A stretch of DNA of 64,000 bases from an uncultured Prevotella sp. (GCA_945873145.1 CAMCBZ010000009.1:5005-69004), one strand, 5' to 3'. Positions 37,141-46,942 are shown, counted from the stretch's first letter. Translations and numbers: made by a program. Notes: generated from the letters alone by a model not told the origin.

Positions 37141-37618
37141 CGCCGTCGAGATCTTCCTCGCTCACACTGTCGATGCACTGTCGGATGAGGTCGAGCGAAT
37201 AGCCTCGTCCCATGCCAAACTTGATGAGTTTCATGCTGCGCTCGTAGTCGCTGTCGGCCTTGATGGTCGGCCATTTGGCGCGGAGCAACGGACGCAGCTG
37301 TTCGAGGTAGGCGCTGTCGGGCACACGGTCGAGCACGGGCGTATAGACATCAGCCGACACGCCTTTGGCGTAGAGCGCCTGCTCGATCTTGCGGCGTCCC
37401 CATTGGTTGAAGCGTATCTTGTCTTCGACGAAGGCCTCGGTATAGCGGCTGTCGTCGACATAGTGGTTGGTCACGAGATAGTCGATGACCGTCTGCCGGT
37501 CTTCGGCGCTGATGCCCCACTGCCGCAGTTTCTTGTCCATCTCGCCCGTGCAGTGCTCGGCTTTGGCACAGAGGGCGGCGAGCTTTGCCGTGGCTCGCGC
37601 GGTTTCCTCGTTGATCAT
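37124..37618 (-). CDS. recX: RecX family regulator
   Basis: YVDDSRY..F, WGRRKI..L..KG, KL..F..GRGY. Confidence 0.88.
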   Translation of the reverse strand: MINEETARATAKLAALCAKAEHCTGEMDKKLRQWGISAEDRQTVIDYLVTNHYVDDSRYTEAFVEDKIRFNQWGRRKIEQALYAKGVSADVYTPVLDRVPDSAYLEQLRPLLRAKWPTIKADSDYERSMKLIKFGMGRGYSLDLIRQCIDSVSEEDLDGDDELD

Positions 37619-37632
37619 GGTCGGTTTCCTTT

Positions 37633-37731
37633 TATAGATTTTATAGAAGCGATAGAGACTATAGTATCTATAGAGACTATAGAATCTATAGAGATTATAG
37701 GCACTATCGATGCTATCAGCTTTATTGATGC
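37633..37731. repeat. Degenerate 9-bp tandem array (11 units, TATAGAGAC consensus)
   Basis: Units read at exact 9-bp spacing. Confidence 0.85.
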
Positions 37732-37737
37732 TTTAGC

Positions 37738-38661
37738 TTATCCTTGCTTTCTTGCGGTCGCGAACCGCTGCTTGCCGTAGTCGTCTTCGTGGATTGTCAC
37801 CGCTTCATAGCCCAAAGAGACCAGCAGGCTGCTGAGTGTCTCGGCATAGAGCGGGTTGATCTCGAAGCAGAGACGGCCATCGGGTCGCAGTCGTCGCAGC
37901 CCCAGCTCAGCGATAGCACGGTAGAAGCGCAGCGGGTCGTCGTCGGGCACGAAGAGTGCTGTCGGCGGTTCATAGTCGAGCACATTGCGCGCCATCGTCG
38001 TGCGCTCCTTGTCAGCGATATAAGGCGGGTTGGAGACGATGCAGTCGTAAAGGCTTTCTTCTTCACTTCCTTCTCCTTTTCTCGCTTCCGCAAAAACGTT
38101 TTCTTTTGCTTCCGCAGGCACGCTTTCTTTCGCTTCTGCAAGCACATCTTTTCTTGTCTCCGCCAGTACATCTTTTTGTCGGAAGAGCACCTGTGCACCC
38201 AGCAGCAAGGCATTGTCGCGTGCTTGTAGCAGGGCCTCGTCACTGATGTCCCAGGCTTCCGCCAGGGCTTGCGTGGCTTCCAAAGCAATGGTGATGGCGA
38301 TGCAGCCCGACCCGGTGCCTATGTCGAGAACATGCGCACCGGTGCGCAGACCGTCCAAGACCAGGCGGCACAAGCCTTCGGTCTCGGGGCGTGGGATGAG
38401 CACGCCGGGAGCGACATGGAACGAGCGACCGTAGAAGTCGGCCTCGCCAAGCACATACTGTACGGGCTCTCCGGCCTCCAGCCGCTGCCATATTTCATGC
38501 AGCTTTGTTTCGTCGTCTGCCGATAATTCACTAACTTTGCCACAGACAAGGTCAGTGAGGCTGAAGCCAAAGGTCGTCTCCAACACCAGTCGGGTGATGG
38601 CCTGCGCCTCCTCTACGGCGTAGAGGGGCGTGAGCTGATGCCATAGTTGCTGATAAGTCAT
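37738..38661 (-). CDS. prmC: Release-factor glutamine methyltransferase with internal repeat insertion
   Basis: EPVQYVLG, VLIPRPETE, LDIGTGSGCIA, SNPPY; start MTYQQL after a promoter box at 38666-38673. Confidence 0.93.
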   Translation of the reverse strand: MTYQQLWHQLTPLYAVEEAQAITRLVLETTFGFSLTDLVCGKVSELSADDETKLHEIWQRLEAGEPVQYVLGEADFYGRSFHVAPGVLIPRPETEGLCRLVLDGLRTGAHVLDIGTGSGCIAITIALEATQALAEAWDISDEALLQARDNALLLGAQVLFRQKDVLAETRKDVLAEAKESVPAEAKENVFAEARKGEGSEEESLYDCIVSNPPYIADKERTTMARNVLDYEPPTALFVPDDDPLRFYRAIAELGLRRLRPDGRLCFEINPLYAETLSSLLVSLGYEAVTIHEDDYGKQRFATARKQG

Positions 38662-38696
38662 AGTGCAAAGATAATAAAAGAATAGCATTTCGGACT

Positions 38697-39689
38697 ATGA
38701 ACACAGAAGAAATCAACAGGGAAACAGATGAAAAATACATGCGGCGCTGTTTGGAACTCGCCGCCAACGGACGGCAGAACGCCAAGCCGAACCCTATGGT
38801 CGGTGCGGTGATTGTCAGCAGCGACGGCCGCATCATCGGTGAGGGCTATCATGTGCGCTGTGGTGAGGGACATGCTGAGGTCAACGCCTTCGCTTCCGTG
38901 AAGCCTGAGGACGAGGCGCTGCTGGGCGAGGCCACCATTTACGTATCGTTGGAACCTTGCAGTCACTGGGGCAAGACGCCGCCGTGTGCCGACCTGATCA
39001 TCAGCAAACATGTGCGCCGTGTGGTCTGTGGATGCATCGATCCCTTTGCCAAAGTACAGGGACGTGGCGTGAAGAAGTTGCGCGACGCGGGCATTGAGGT
39101 TACCGTCGGCGTGTTGGAGCAGGAGTGTTTGGCGCTGAACAAGCGGTTCATTACGTTCAACACGCATCATCGTCCTTACATTCTGTTGAAATGGGCACAG
39201 TCTGCCGATGGTTTCATCAGCGGCGAGGGCGGACGACAAGTCGCTCTTTCGTCGCCGTTCACTCAGATGCTTGTACATAAGTTGCGGGCGGAGAACGACG
39301 CCATCCTTGTCGGTCGCCGTACATTCGATGGTGATCATCCTCAGCTCAACGTACGTCTGTGGGCCGGTCGCGATCCCGAGCGTCTCGTGCTGACTCATCA
39401 TTGTGAGAGCATCCCTGAGGGCTTCCGGGCTTTCGACAGCATCGACAGCGTACTTGAATATCTATATTCCGAGGGCAAGCAAAGTCTGATTGTAGAAGGT
39501 GGCGCCCAGACTTTGCAGGCATTCCTCAACCGTGGGTTGTGGGACGAGATACGCGTGGAAACAGCACCCGTCACGCTCGCTGCCGGTGTGCGTACGCCAC
39601 AGTTGCCCGAAGGAATAGAGTTGGAGAGTCAGCAAGACTACGACGGACAGATCATCCGAGTCTATAGAAAAGCAACTCAAAAAGTTTGA
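38697..39689 (+). CDS. ribD: Riboflavin biosynthesis deaminase/reductase
   Basis: PNPMVG, HAEV, LEPCSH.GKTPPC, VEGGA. Confidence 0.95.
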   Translation: MNTEEINRETDEKYMRRCLELAANGRQNAKPNPMVGAVIVSSDGRIIGEGYHVRCGEGHAEVNAFASVKPEDEALLGEATIYVSLEPCSHWGKTPPCADLIISKHVRRVVCGCIDPFAKVQGRGVKKLRDAGIEVTVGVLEQECLALNKRFITFNTHHRPYILLKWAQSADGFISGEGGRQVALSSPFTQMLVHKLRAENDAILVGRRTFDGDHPQLNVRLWAGRDPERLVLTHHCESIPEGFRAFDSIDSVLEYLYSEGKQSLIVEGGAQTLQAFLNRGLWDEIRVETAPVTLAAGVRTPQLPEGIELESQQDYDGQIIRVYRKATQKV

Positions 39690-39896
39690 GTTTCCTGCTT
39701 ATAAGTACTTTATGAGGGGATCGGGACGTTAACTTGACATCTATATAAGCACTTTATTAGCTTATTTAGCTTCAACGCGCCATCTTTGATGGCATAAAGA
39801 ATATATACGAATATAACAAATATAGCGAATATATACAAGCCTCCTATCGCTTTGCTTTTATTGTAGTGAAGGTTAGGAGGGGAATTTTGTGATGCT

Positions 39897-39932
39897 CTCT
39901 CCCTCCCTTTTAGGGAGGGCAGGGAGGGCCTC
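39897..39932. repeat. REP-like hairpin between convergent ribD and transporter
   Basis: CCCTCCCT-TTT-AGGGAGGG. Confidence 0.65.
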
Positions 39933-40895
39933 TTACCACTTCAGCGCTCCGTATTTCTCCTTCGCCCAAAGTTGTACGGCATTGATCAAGTTTTGCCACA
40001 CCACATAAGCGCAGGGCGCGATGGCTGCGTAGGGGTTGAGAAAGGTCAGTGTAAGCCAAATGCCTACCACCGTGTTCTTCTGTCCTAAGGCCTGTCCGGC
40101 GCTGATGCTGTCACCGTAGTGCGCGCCGACGAGCTTGCCCAATCCAAACTGGAAGACTGAGATGAACAGTGGGATGACGCAAAGGGCTACCAGCGTGATG
40201 CCCGACACGGGCGCGTGGAGAATGCTCTGCATGGCCAGTCCCATGATGATGGAGAGGTTGAAGCTCCACAGATAGAAGCCGAGATTGCGGCGGTCACGAA
40301 TCCATTTGGCCACATGCGGCAGGTAGCGGCGTGTGAGCAGGGCCAGGCACAGTGGTACGATGAGCACGATGAACACCCGCTTGAGTACCATCAGAAAGGC
40401 AAAGAGAAAACTGATGTCAGCACTCTTCTCCACCATTGGGAAGAAGAGCGGGATGATGACCGAAGTGACGCAGTTGGCGATAAGTATATACACGGTCATC
40501 GACTCGATGCTGCCTCCAAGCTTCTCGGTGATCACCGGTGCGGCAGCGGCCGTAGGACAGATGAAGCAGATGAACATGCCTTCGAAGATGAGCTTCCAGC
40601 CTGGCGAAGGCGCAATGGCTACCAGTGCGACGCAGATGGCTGAGAGCGCGACACGGATTCCCTGCAAGATGAAATGCCATGTGCGGGGTCGCAACTCCTT
40701 GACTTGTATCTTGCAGAAGGTGACGTAGAGAATGAGAAAGATGACGTAGGGCAACAGCGCCACTAACTTGGGTCCCATGAAGTCGCCAATAGGTTCCAAC
40801 ACGGGTATCTCGGAGAAGAGCAGATAGACCAAGGAGCCCACGCACAGCGCGACCACCAGCGTCCACTGCTTCAAGAATGTCAAGAGTTTGTTCAT
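39933..40895 (-). CDS. Bile acid:sodium symporter family transporter
   Basis: Multi-TM; ICPTAAAAPV, GQKNT motifs. Confidence 0.8.
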   Translation of the reverse strand: MNKLLTFLKQWTLVVALCVGSLVYLLFSEIPVLEPIGDFMGPKLVALLPYVIFLILYVTFCKIQVKELRPRTWHFILQGIRVALSAICVALVAIAPSPGWKLIFEGMFICFICPTAAAAPVITEKLGGSIESMTVYILIANCVTSVIIPLFFPMVEKSADISFLFAFLMVLKRVFIVLIVPLCLALLTRRYLPHVAKWIRDRRNLGFYLWSFNLSIIMGLAMQSILHAPVSGITLVALCVIPLFISVFQFGLGKLVGAHYGDSISAGQALGQKNTVVGIWLTLTFLNPYAAIAPCAYVVWQNLINAVQLWAKEKYGALKW

Positions 40896-40979
40896 ACTAA
40901 CGATTCCTTTCTTACCTTATTTATAGTTGATGTAAATCCATGTTGTTGATTTCATCAGAACTATGTCTTACTAAATGTT

Positions 40980-42908
40980 TTATTCTTCTTTCAGCCCTTG
41001 CACATAGTCGAAGAGCTTCTTATAGAACGGATGTTTCGTCATCGTGGCAGCATTGCCGAGGATGATGAGCTTCATGCGGGCACGGGTGATGGCTACGTTC
41101 ATGCGGCGCAGGTCGCGGAGGAATCCGATCTGTCCGTCGTCGTTGGCACGCACCATGGAGATGAGGATGATGTCGCGCTCCTGCCCCTGGAAGCCGTCGA
41201 CAGTGTTGACGGTGACGAGATGACGGAAGGGTTTGAAGAAAGCATCGCGCTTGATGAGTCCTCGCAGATACTGCACTTGTGCACGGTAGGGCGAGATGAC
41301 ACCCACGTCGATCTGCTCGTCGAGGACACGCTGCTTGCCGATCTTGGTATAATAGTTGCGCAGCGTGTTGAGCGTGAGCAGCGCCTCACCTTTGTTGACG
41401 CGGCCAAAGCTCTCACCGACAAACTGCTCACGGAAGTTGGGCTCGTCGGGGCCTACCTCCATTTCCGACGTGTCGATCCACTCCATTGGTATGTCGTAGT
41501 CGAGGATGCCACGGTGTGCGGTCTGCGGCGCGCTCTCCACCTTACCACCATAGAACCAGTCGGAGCTGAAGCGCATGATGGCGTCGTTCATGCGGTATTG
41601 CACCTGCAGGAGCGAGACGCACTCGGGCTTGTTCTCCACGATACGCTCCATGAGTGTCTTACCGAGTCCTGCTTTCATGGCGGCAATGCTCTTCACAGTG
41701 GGAGGCAGCTGACAGTGGTCGCCGGCGAGAATCACGCGTCCGGCACGGCGCATGGGTATCCAGCAGGCAGCCTCCAAAGCCTGTGCTGCCTCGTCGATAA
41801 ACAGTGTGGAGAACTTCATGCCTTCGAGCAGACGGCTGGCCGAACCGACAAGGGTGGACGCAATGACGCGCGCCTCACCGAAGAGCTCGGCATTGATGCG
41901 TATCTCCAGTTCGGTGGCACGACTCTTCAGCCGCTCCAGCTTTTGATGATATTTCTCGTCGCGGCCGTGCTTGCTCTTGCGCAGTTCACGCATCGCCTTG
42001 CGGATAGCCCACAGCTGGGGATAGTCGGGATGGTCAGCAAAGCGACGTTCATAGGTGAAGCCAAGCATCTTGTCGTTGACACGTGACGGGTTGCCGATAC
42101 GCAGCACATTGATGCCCCGGTCTATGAGTTTCTCGCAGATCCAGTCTACAGCCATGTTGCTCTGTGCGCAGACGAGCACCTGGCTCTCGCGCATAAGTGT
42201 CTCGTTGATGGCTTCGACGAGTGTTGTGGTCTTGCCCGTGCCCGGTGGACCGTGCACCACCATGACGTCCTTGGCGCAGAGTACCTCATTGACAGCGTGT
42301 TCCTGTGTGGCATTGAGCCATGGGAAACGCATGGGACCGAAGTGGAAGCGCTGGGCCGGCACATGACTGTAGAAGAGATCACGCAGGTAGGCGAGGCGTC
42401 CGCTCTTGGCGCGCATCACACGGTCAAGGGCGTCGAACATCGTGCGGTAGCTGGTCTCGTCGAACGAGAGCTGCACGCCCACGGGTGCCTCGCAGCTCTG
42501 CACGTCGAGGGCATGGCCTTCAGGAATGGTCACCACCATGCGGTCGCCGTCGACATACGACACCGTGCCAGTAAAGCCGAAGAGCTTCGTCTTCATCTTG
42601 GCGGTAGCCCCTGCCTTGTCGTTGCTGTGGCTCTCCTCCATGCGGAAGAAGACCACGGGCTTGCCGTATTCGAAGTTGTGCTCGATGCCTTCGTCAGCAG
42701 TGCGGTAGACCTCTAACGCAAATTGGTTGAGCGAGTTGTAATAGCTCTTTCCTACGCGTATGGGATACCAGGCATCGCCACGCTTGACGCGGCGAGCCAT
42801 GCCCATGGTGTCGGCTTGTTTGCGGAAAGCCTCACGCTCGGTCTGGTACTCCAACTGCAACAGCAGCCGTTGTTGTTGAAGGGCTTGTATGGATGATGGT
42901 TGTGACAT
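40980..42908 (-). CDS. SF1 helicase, UPF1/IGHMBP2-like
   Basis: GPPGTGKT, IDEAAQ, GDHCQLPP, QYRM, VDGFQGQE, NVAITRAR; promoter box at 42916-42923. Confidence 0.92.
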   Translation of the reverse strand: MSQPSSIQALQQQRLLLQLEYQTEREAFRKQADTMGMARRVKRGDAWYPIRVGKSYYNSLNQFALEVYRTADEGIEHNFEYGKPVVFFRMEESHSNDKAGATAKMKTKLFGFTGTVSYVDGDRMVVTIPEGHALDVQSCEAPVGVQLSFDETSYRTMFDALDRVMRAKSGRLAYLRDLFYSHVPAQRFHFGPMRFPWLNATQEHAVNEVLCAKDVMVVHGPPGTGKTTTLVEAINETLMRESQVLVCAQSNMAVDWICEKLIDRGINVLRIGNPSRVNDKMLGFTYERRFADHPDYPQLWAIRKAMRELRKSKHGRDEKYHQKLERLKSRATELEIRINAELFGEARVIASTLVGSASRLLEGMKFSTLFIDEAAQALEAACWIPMRRAGRVILAGDHCQLPPTVKSIAAMKAGLGKTLMERIVENKPECVSLLQVQYRMNDAIMRFSSDWFYGGKVESAPQTAHRGILDYDIPMEWIDTSEMEVGPDEPNFREQFVGESFGRVNKGEALLTLNTLRNYYTKIGKQRVLDEQIDVGVISPYRAQVQYLRGLIKRDAFFKPFRHLVTVNTVDGFQGQERDIILISMVRANDDGQIGFLRDLRRMNVAITRARMKLIILGNAATMTKHPFYKKLFDYVQGLKEE

Positions 42909-42958
42909 TGTATTGCAAAGATAGCGCAAACAAGTGGAATGGCAAAGAAAACGACAAT

Positions 42959-43001
42959 AAAAAAATGGTGAGATGCGGTGAACATCACCGGCATCTCACC
43001 A
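42959..43001 (-). terminator. Rho-independent terminator on the minus strand, upstream of the helicase promoter
   Basis: TGGTGAGATGC-GGTG / CACC-G-GCATCTCACCA stem; A-run at 42959-42965 gives the U-tract. Confidence 0.8.
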
Positions 43002-43472
43002 GCACTTCATGCAAAGATCTTACTGTGCGACCATATATATGGACTCAACTATCCAACAGCTTCGTTGCTTCTGTCACAGGCAAGCGGTGACAGGCGTGGA
43101 GGCTTTCTTCTTCGAGTCGCTTGGTCTTTGATGAATTTATGCTTGTACGCTTATCGGCTGATAGCCCTTTGAGACTAACATTAAATAGGAGATGGGAAGA
43201 ATCAATAAGCGTAAGGAGGACTGCTCAAAAGGAGCAATCTTCTTACAAGAGTGGCGTATAATAAGATGTAGTATAGTCATGTCTTGCATATCTTGCCGGG
43301 AAAGCTATGCTTCTCGGTGTGTTGCTGCAAGACGGGACGCAGTGATATTCTATTTAAAGGAGGAAGAGCCGTCCCACCACTTTCAGCCTCCTGTGCGGAA
43401 GACCGAATCGCAAATGTGGTGTAATCCCCCCACATACCAGTGTGCAATTCATTGCTTGGTATGCTTGCGTTG

Positions 43473-43480
43473 CAAAATTA
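43473..43480 (-). promoter_or_regulatory. -7 promoter box (TAATTTTG) driving an ORF-poor unit
   Basis: Exact TAnnTTTG match on the minus strand about 500 bp upstream of the 42959-43001 terminator. Confidence 0.55.
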
Positions 43481-43719
43481 GCGCTTTTTGTCGAAACGAT
43501 GCTGATTCCGTGGTTAAAAGTAGTTAACCGAAGAGTTGTTGTTTCTTTCTTAGTTTCGTGTTACCTTATTTATATTGGTGCTTTATTTTTCTATTCCACT
43601 CGTTTTCACTATCTTTAGATAAGATAGGATGCACTCGGGAATACGAAAATAAAGCTTGGGCTTTATTTCCGTATTCCACTCGTTTTCACTATCTTTGCAT
43701 AGCAAAAACATTGTAAGCC

Positions 43720-44157
43720 ATGAGAAAGATACAGATTATCAACGGACCCAACCTCAACCTGCTCGGTGTGCGTGAGCCGGGCATCTACGGCAAGAACTCG
43801 TTTGAGAGCTATCTGCCCACACTGAAAGCACTGTTCCCCGACGTGCAGATTGACTATTTCCAAAGCAATATAGAAGGCGAGCTCATCGACAAGATGCAGC
43901 AGGTAGGCTTCGACTACGACGGCATCGTACTCAACGCCGGTGCTTATACCCACACGAGTATTGCACTGCTCGACTGCATCCGTTCGCTGCGCTGCCCCAC
44001 GGTGGAGGTGCATATCTCCAACGTACACCAACGTGAAGAGTATCGCCATCACTCGATGATCTCGGCAGGCTGTCTCGGCGTCATCTGTGGCTTTGGCCTG
44101 CAAGGCTATGAGCTGGCTATCCGTGGCATCCTCGCACACCAAAGCGACAAGGCATGA
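43720..44157 (+). CDS. aroQ: Type II 3-dehydroquinate dehydratase
   Basis: NGPNLNLLG.REP..YG, NAGAYTHTS, EVHISN..RE..RH.S. Confidence 0.96.
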   Translation: MRKIQIINGPNLNLLGVREPGIYGKNSFESYLPTLKALFPDVQIDYFQSNIEGELIDKMQQVGFDYDGIVLNAGAYTHTSIALLDCIRSLRCPTVEVHISNVHQREEYRHHSMISAGCLGVICGFGLQGYELAIRGILAHQSDKA

Positions 44158-44816
44158 CCGACACACAACAGCTCGACGACTATATCGTCAACCACAGCGA
44201 TCCGGAAGACGAATACCTTTACCGGCTCTACCGCGCCACGAACATCCATACCATCCACGGACGCATGCAAAGCGGACATCTGCAAGGGCGACTGCTGAAG
44301 ATGCTCGTGCTGATGCAGCGACCAAAGTATGTACTTGAGGTTGGCACGTTCTCGGGCTACTCGGCGATCTGCATGGCTGAGGGACTGCGCGAGTCGGGCG
44401 TGGCCGGCAGTAAGCTCTTCACCTTTGAGATCAACGACGAGATGGAGGACTTCACCCGCCCATGGATAGAGGGCAGCACGGTGTCGCCGTGGATAGACTT
44501 CCGCATCGGCGACGCTTGCGTGGAAGCGCCGCGTTTAGGCGTAACCTTCGACATGGCGTTTGTCGACGGCGACAAGCGACGCTATGTAGAAACCTATGAG
44601 GCGATCCTGCCACTGATGAATCCCGGTGGTATCATCCTCGCCGACAACACGCTGTGGGACGGACATGTCATCGACCCGGCCTATGACCACGATCATCAGA
44701 CGCTCGGCATACGGGCATTCAATGACCACGTGCGCGACGACAAAAGGGTGGAAAAGGTCATCGTGCCCGTGCGTGATGGACTGACCATTATCAGAGTGTT
44801 GAATGATGAATGTTGA
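44154..44816 (+). CDS. SAM-dependent O-methyltransferase
   Basis: LEVGTFSGYS, FVDGDK..Y, ADNTLWDG. Confidence 0.9.
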   Translation: MTDTQQLDDYIVNHSDPEDEYLYRLYRATNIHTIHGRMQSGHLQGRLLKMLVLMQRPKYVLEVGTFSGYSAICMAEGLRESGVAGSKLFTFEINDEMEDFTRPWIEGSTVSPWIDFRIGDACVEAPRLGVTFDMAFVDGDKRRYVETYEAILPLMNPGGIILADNTLWDGHVIDPAYDHDHQTLGIRAFNDHVRDDKRVEKVIVPVRDGLTIIRVLNDEC

Positions 44817-44920
44817 GTGATGAGTTGTTCAATGTTGAATGATGAATGTTGAGTGATGAGTTGTTCAATGTTGAATGATGAATGTTGAATGATGACTTGA
44901 TCAGTGTTGAGTGATGAATG
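44797..44920. repeat. Heptamer-based array (TGTTGAA/TGATGAA) containing two exact 36-bp tandem copies
   Basis: 44797-44832 equals 44833-44868. Confidence 0.9.
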
Positions 44921-44937
44921 GTTAGGGAGAAACGAAT

Positions 44938-45843
44938 GTGGAATTAACAAAGCATTATCTACGTTATCTGAAGTTGGAGCGGGGCTACTCGCCCAACACT
45001 GTCGAGGCCTATAAGCATGACCTTGACTGGCTGCTGGGCTACTTAGCGCAAGAAGGAGTCGACCCGCTGAGCGTCAAGCTCGAAGATCTGGAGCATTTCG
45101 CAGCGATGCTTACCGATCACGGCATCAGCGCAAAGTCGCAGGCACGCATCCTCAGCGGTGTGCGCTCGTTCTATCGTTACCTGGTCTTGGACGGCTATCT
45201 CGACGTAGACCCGACAGAACTGTTGGAGTCTCCTCATCTGCCGCAGCACTTGCCGGAGTATCTGTCCACCGAGGAAGTGGATGCTTTGGAGAATAGTATC
45301 GACCTGACGAGCAACGAAGGTCACCGCAACCGCGCCATCATCGAGGTGTTCTTCTCCTGTGGTCTGCGTGTCTCGGAGCTCACCAACCTCAAACTCAGCG
45401 ACCTCTTCCTGCCACAAGGCTTCATCCGTGTCAACGGAAAAGGTGGTAAGCAGCGGTTGGTGCCCATATCAGAACGTGCCATCCATGAGCTGGAGCTGTG
45501 GTTTGACGACCGCCGACAGATGGACATCAAGCCCGGCGAGGAGGACTACGTCTTTCTCAACCGACGCGGACACCACCTCACGCGTACGATGATTCTGATC
45601 ATGGTGAAGCGACAGGCTGAGGCTGCGGGCATCAAAAAGACGATCTCGCCGCATACACTCCGCCACTCCTTCGCTACAGCATTGCTCAAGGGTGGGGCCG
45701 ACCTGCGCATCATCCAGGAACTGCTCGGACATGCTGACCTCGGCACAACGGAGATCTATACCCACATGGACGACGAGTCGCTGCGGCAGGAAATCCTTTT
45801 GCATCATCCCAGAAACATCAGGCACGAGGCTGAGAAAGGCTGA
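44938..45843 (+). CDS. xerD: Chromosomal site-specific tyrosine recombinase, XerD/XerC-like
   Basis: YS.NT..AY..DL, GLRVSEL, GKGGKQR.VP, PHTLRHSFAT.LL.GGADLR.IQELLGH..TTEIYTH; GTG start. Confidence 0.88.
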   Translation: MELTKHYLRYLKLERGYSPNTVEAYKHDLDWLLGYLAQEGVDPLSVKLEDLEHFAAMLTDHGISAKSQARILSGVRSFYRYLVLDGYLDVDPTELLESPHLPQHLPEYLSTEEVDALENSIDLTSNEGHRNRAIIEVFFSCGLRVSELTNLKLSDLFLPQGFIRVNGKGGKQRLVPISERAIHELELWFDDRRQMDIKPGEEDYVFLNRRGHHLTRTMILIMVKRQAEAAGIKKTISPHTLRHSFATALLKGGADLRIIQELLGHADLGTTEIYTHMDDESLRQEILLHHPRNIRHEAEKG

Positions 45844-45925
45844 AATCTTCACTTTCAGACGGAATACACTGATGCGTTTCAATATTATTTCTTAACTTTG
45901 CAGCCAAAAGCAAAACGACAAAAAC

Positions 45926-46819
45926 ATGAAGATCAATCAACCTTCTTTCGAGATATGGGAGCAGCAACCCGGTGTGGATGGCGTCTACCGTCAGGTGGAG
46001 CGCTGTGGAAGAGTGTGCTACAAGAGTGAAAATCACCAGACCGCCGACTCGGCGCGCCCTTTCGTGGAGCGGATGATAGCCAGCAAGCATACGGCAATGC
46101 TCGAGCATGCCACCATCTACCTGACGCTTGACGAGCACGACGACCGTGTCGCCTTCTACCGCCAAAACCGCTTCACGCATGTCAACATGGTGAACGGAAA
46201 GGCTTACGTCACCACTAACTTGCGCGTGCTGGTGGAGAACGACAGAATGGACGACCTGAAGGAACTCTGTGAGCCGACGGCTCACCATGAGCGCCGCGTC
46301 ACGGTGCATTTCACCACTCAGGTAGCTATCACACGCGAGTTCAACCGTCACCGTGTGAATTCCATGGCAGAGCAAAGCACGCGCTACTGCAATTACTCTA
46401 AGGAGAAATTTGGGGCAGAGATCACCATCAACCTGCCCCAATGGGTGAAAGACCTGCCTGACGGCGCGTGGACATCGACGATCAAGGAAGGCACGGTAAG
46501 TCTCGACGATGACGCTTTCCTGGCTTTGACCAAAAAAGTTGTTGCGGGTGAGGCCGATGCTGCCGACAACTGGCTCTTTGCCAACTTAGCTGCCGAGCGT
46601 GCTTACCTCAATCTGACAGCTTTGGGACGTAAGCCTCAGGAAGCCCGCGTGGTGTTGCCGCTGGACACCAACACGGAGCTGGTGCATACTGCTTTCCTTT
46701 CTGACTGGAAGCATTTCTTCGATCTGCGTGCCTTAGGCACTACGGGTGCTCCCCATCCCGACGCCAAGGCAGTGGCCCTGCCGCTTTATGAAGAGATGAA
46801 GAGCCGCTATTCGCTCTGA
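45926..46819 (+). CDS. thyX: FAD-dependent thymidylate synthase
   Basis: ThyX signature RHRVNSMAEQSTRY; R.CYKS, H.AMLEH, QEAR.VLP. Confidence 0.85.
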   Translation: MKINQPSFEIWEQQPGVDGVYRQVERCGRVCYKSENHQTADSARPFVERMIASKHTAMLEHATIYLTLDEHDDRVAFYRQNRFTHVNMVNGKAYVTTNLRVLVENDRMDDLKELCEPTAHHERRVTVHFTTQVAITREFNRHRVNSMAEQSTRYCNYSKEKFGAEITINLPQWVKDLPDGAWTSTIKEGTVSLDDDAFLALTKKVVAGEADAADNWLFANLAAERAYLNLTALGRKPQEARVVLPLDTNTELVHTAFLSDWKHFFDLRALGTTGAPHPDAKAVALPLYEEMKSRYSL

Positions 46820-46942
46820 TCCTCTTCCTTGAGCGTTTTTTCGCTTGACATCTTACTCACTTAACCGACAAGCCGGCCTTATGGGTCGGCTCAGTTTTTT
46901 CTCATTCCTTTCTTCCGTTTCTGACATTTCATCTCCAAGACT

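Noticed and set aside
38662-38696. FMN riboswitch upstream of ribD
   Set aside because: Only 35 bp separate the divergent prmC and ribD genes, and no aptamer consensus is present.
44797-44896. Two exact 36-bp repeats resembling CRISPR repeat length
   Set aside because: They are directly adjacent with no spacers, are built from heptamers, and no cas genes are present.
44938-45843. Tyrosine recombinase as the integrase of a mobile element
   Set aside because: About 300 aa with XerD/XerC-type motifs, embedded among housekeeping genes, with no att sites or cargo.
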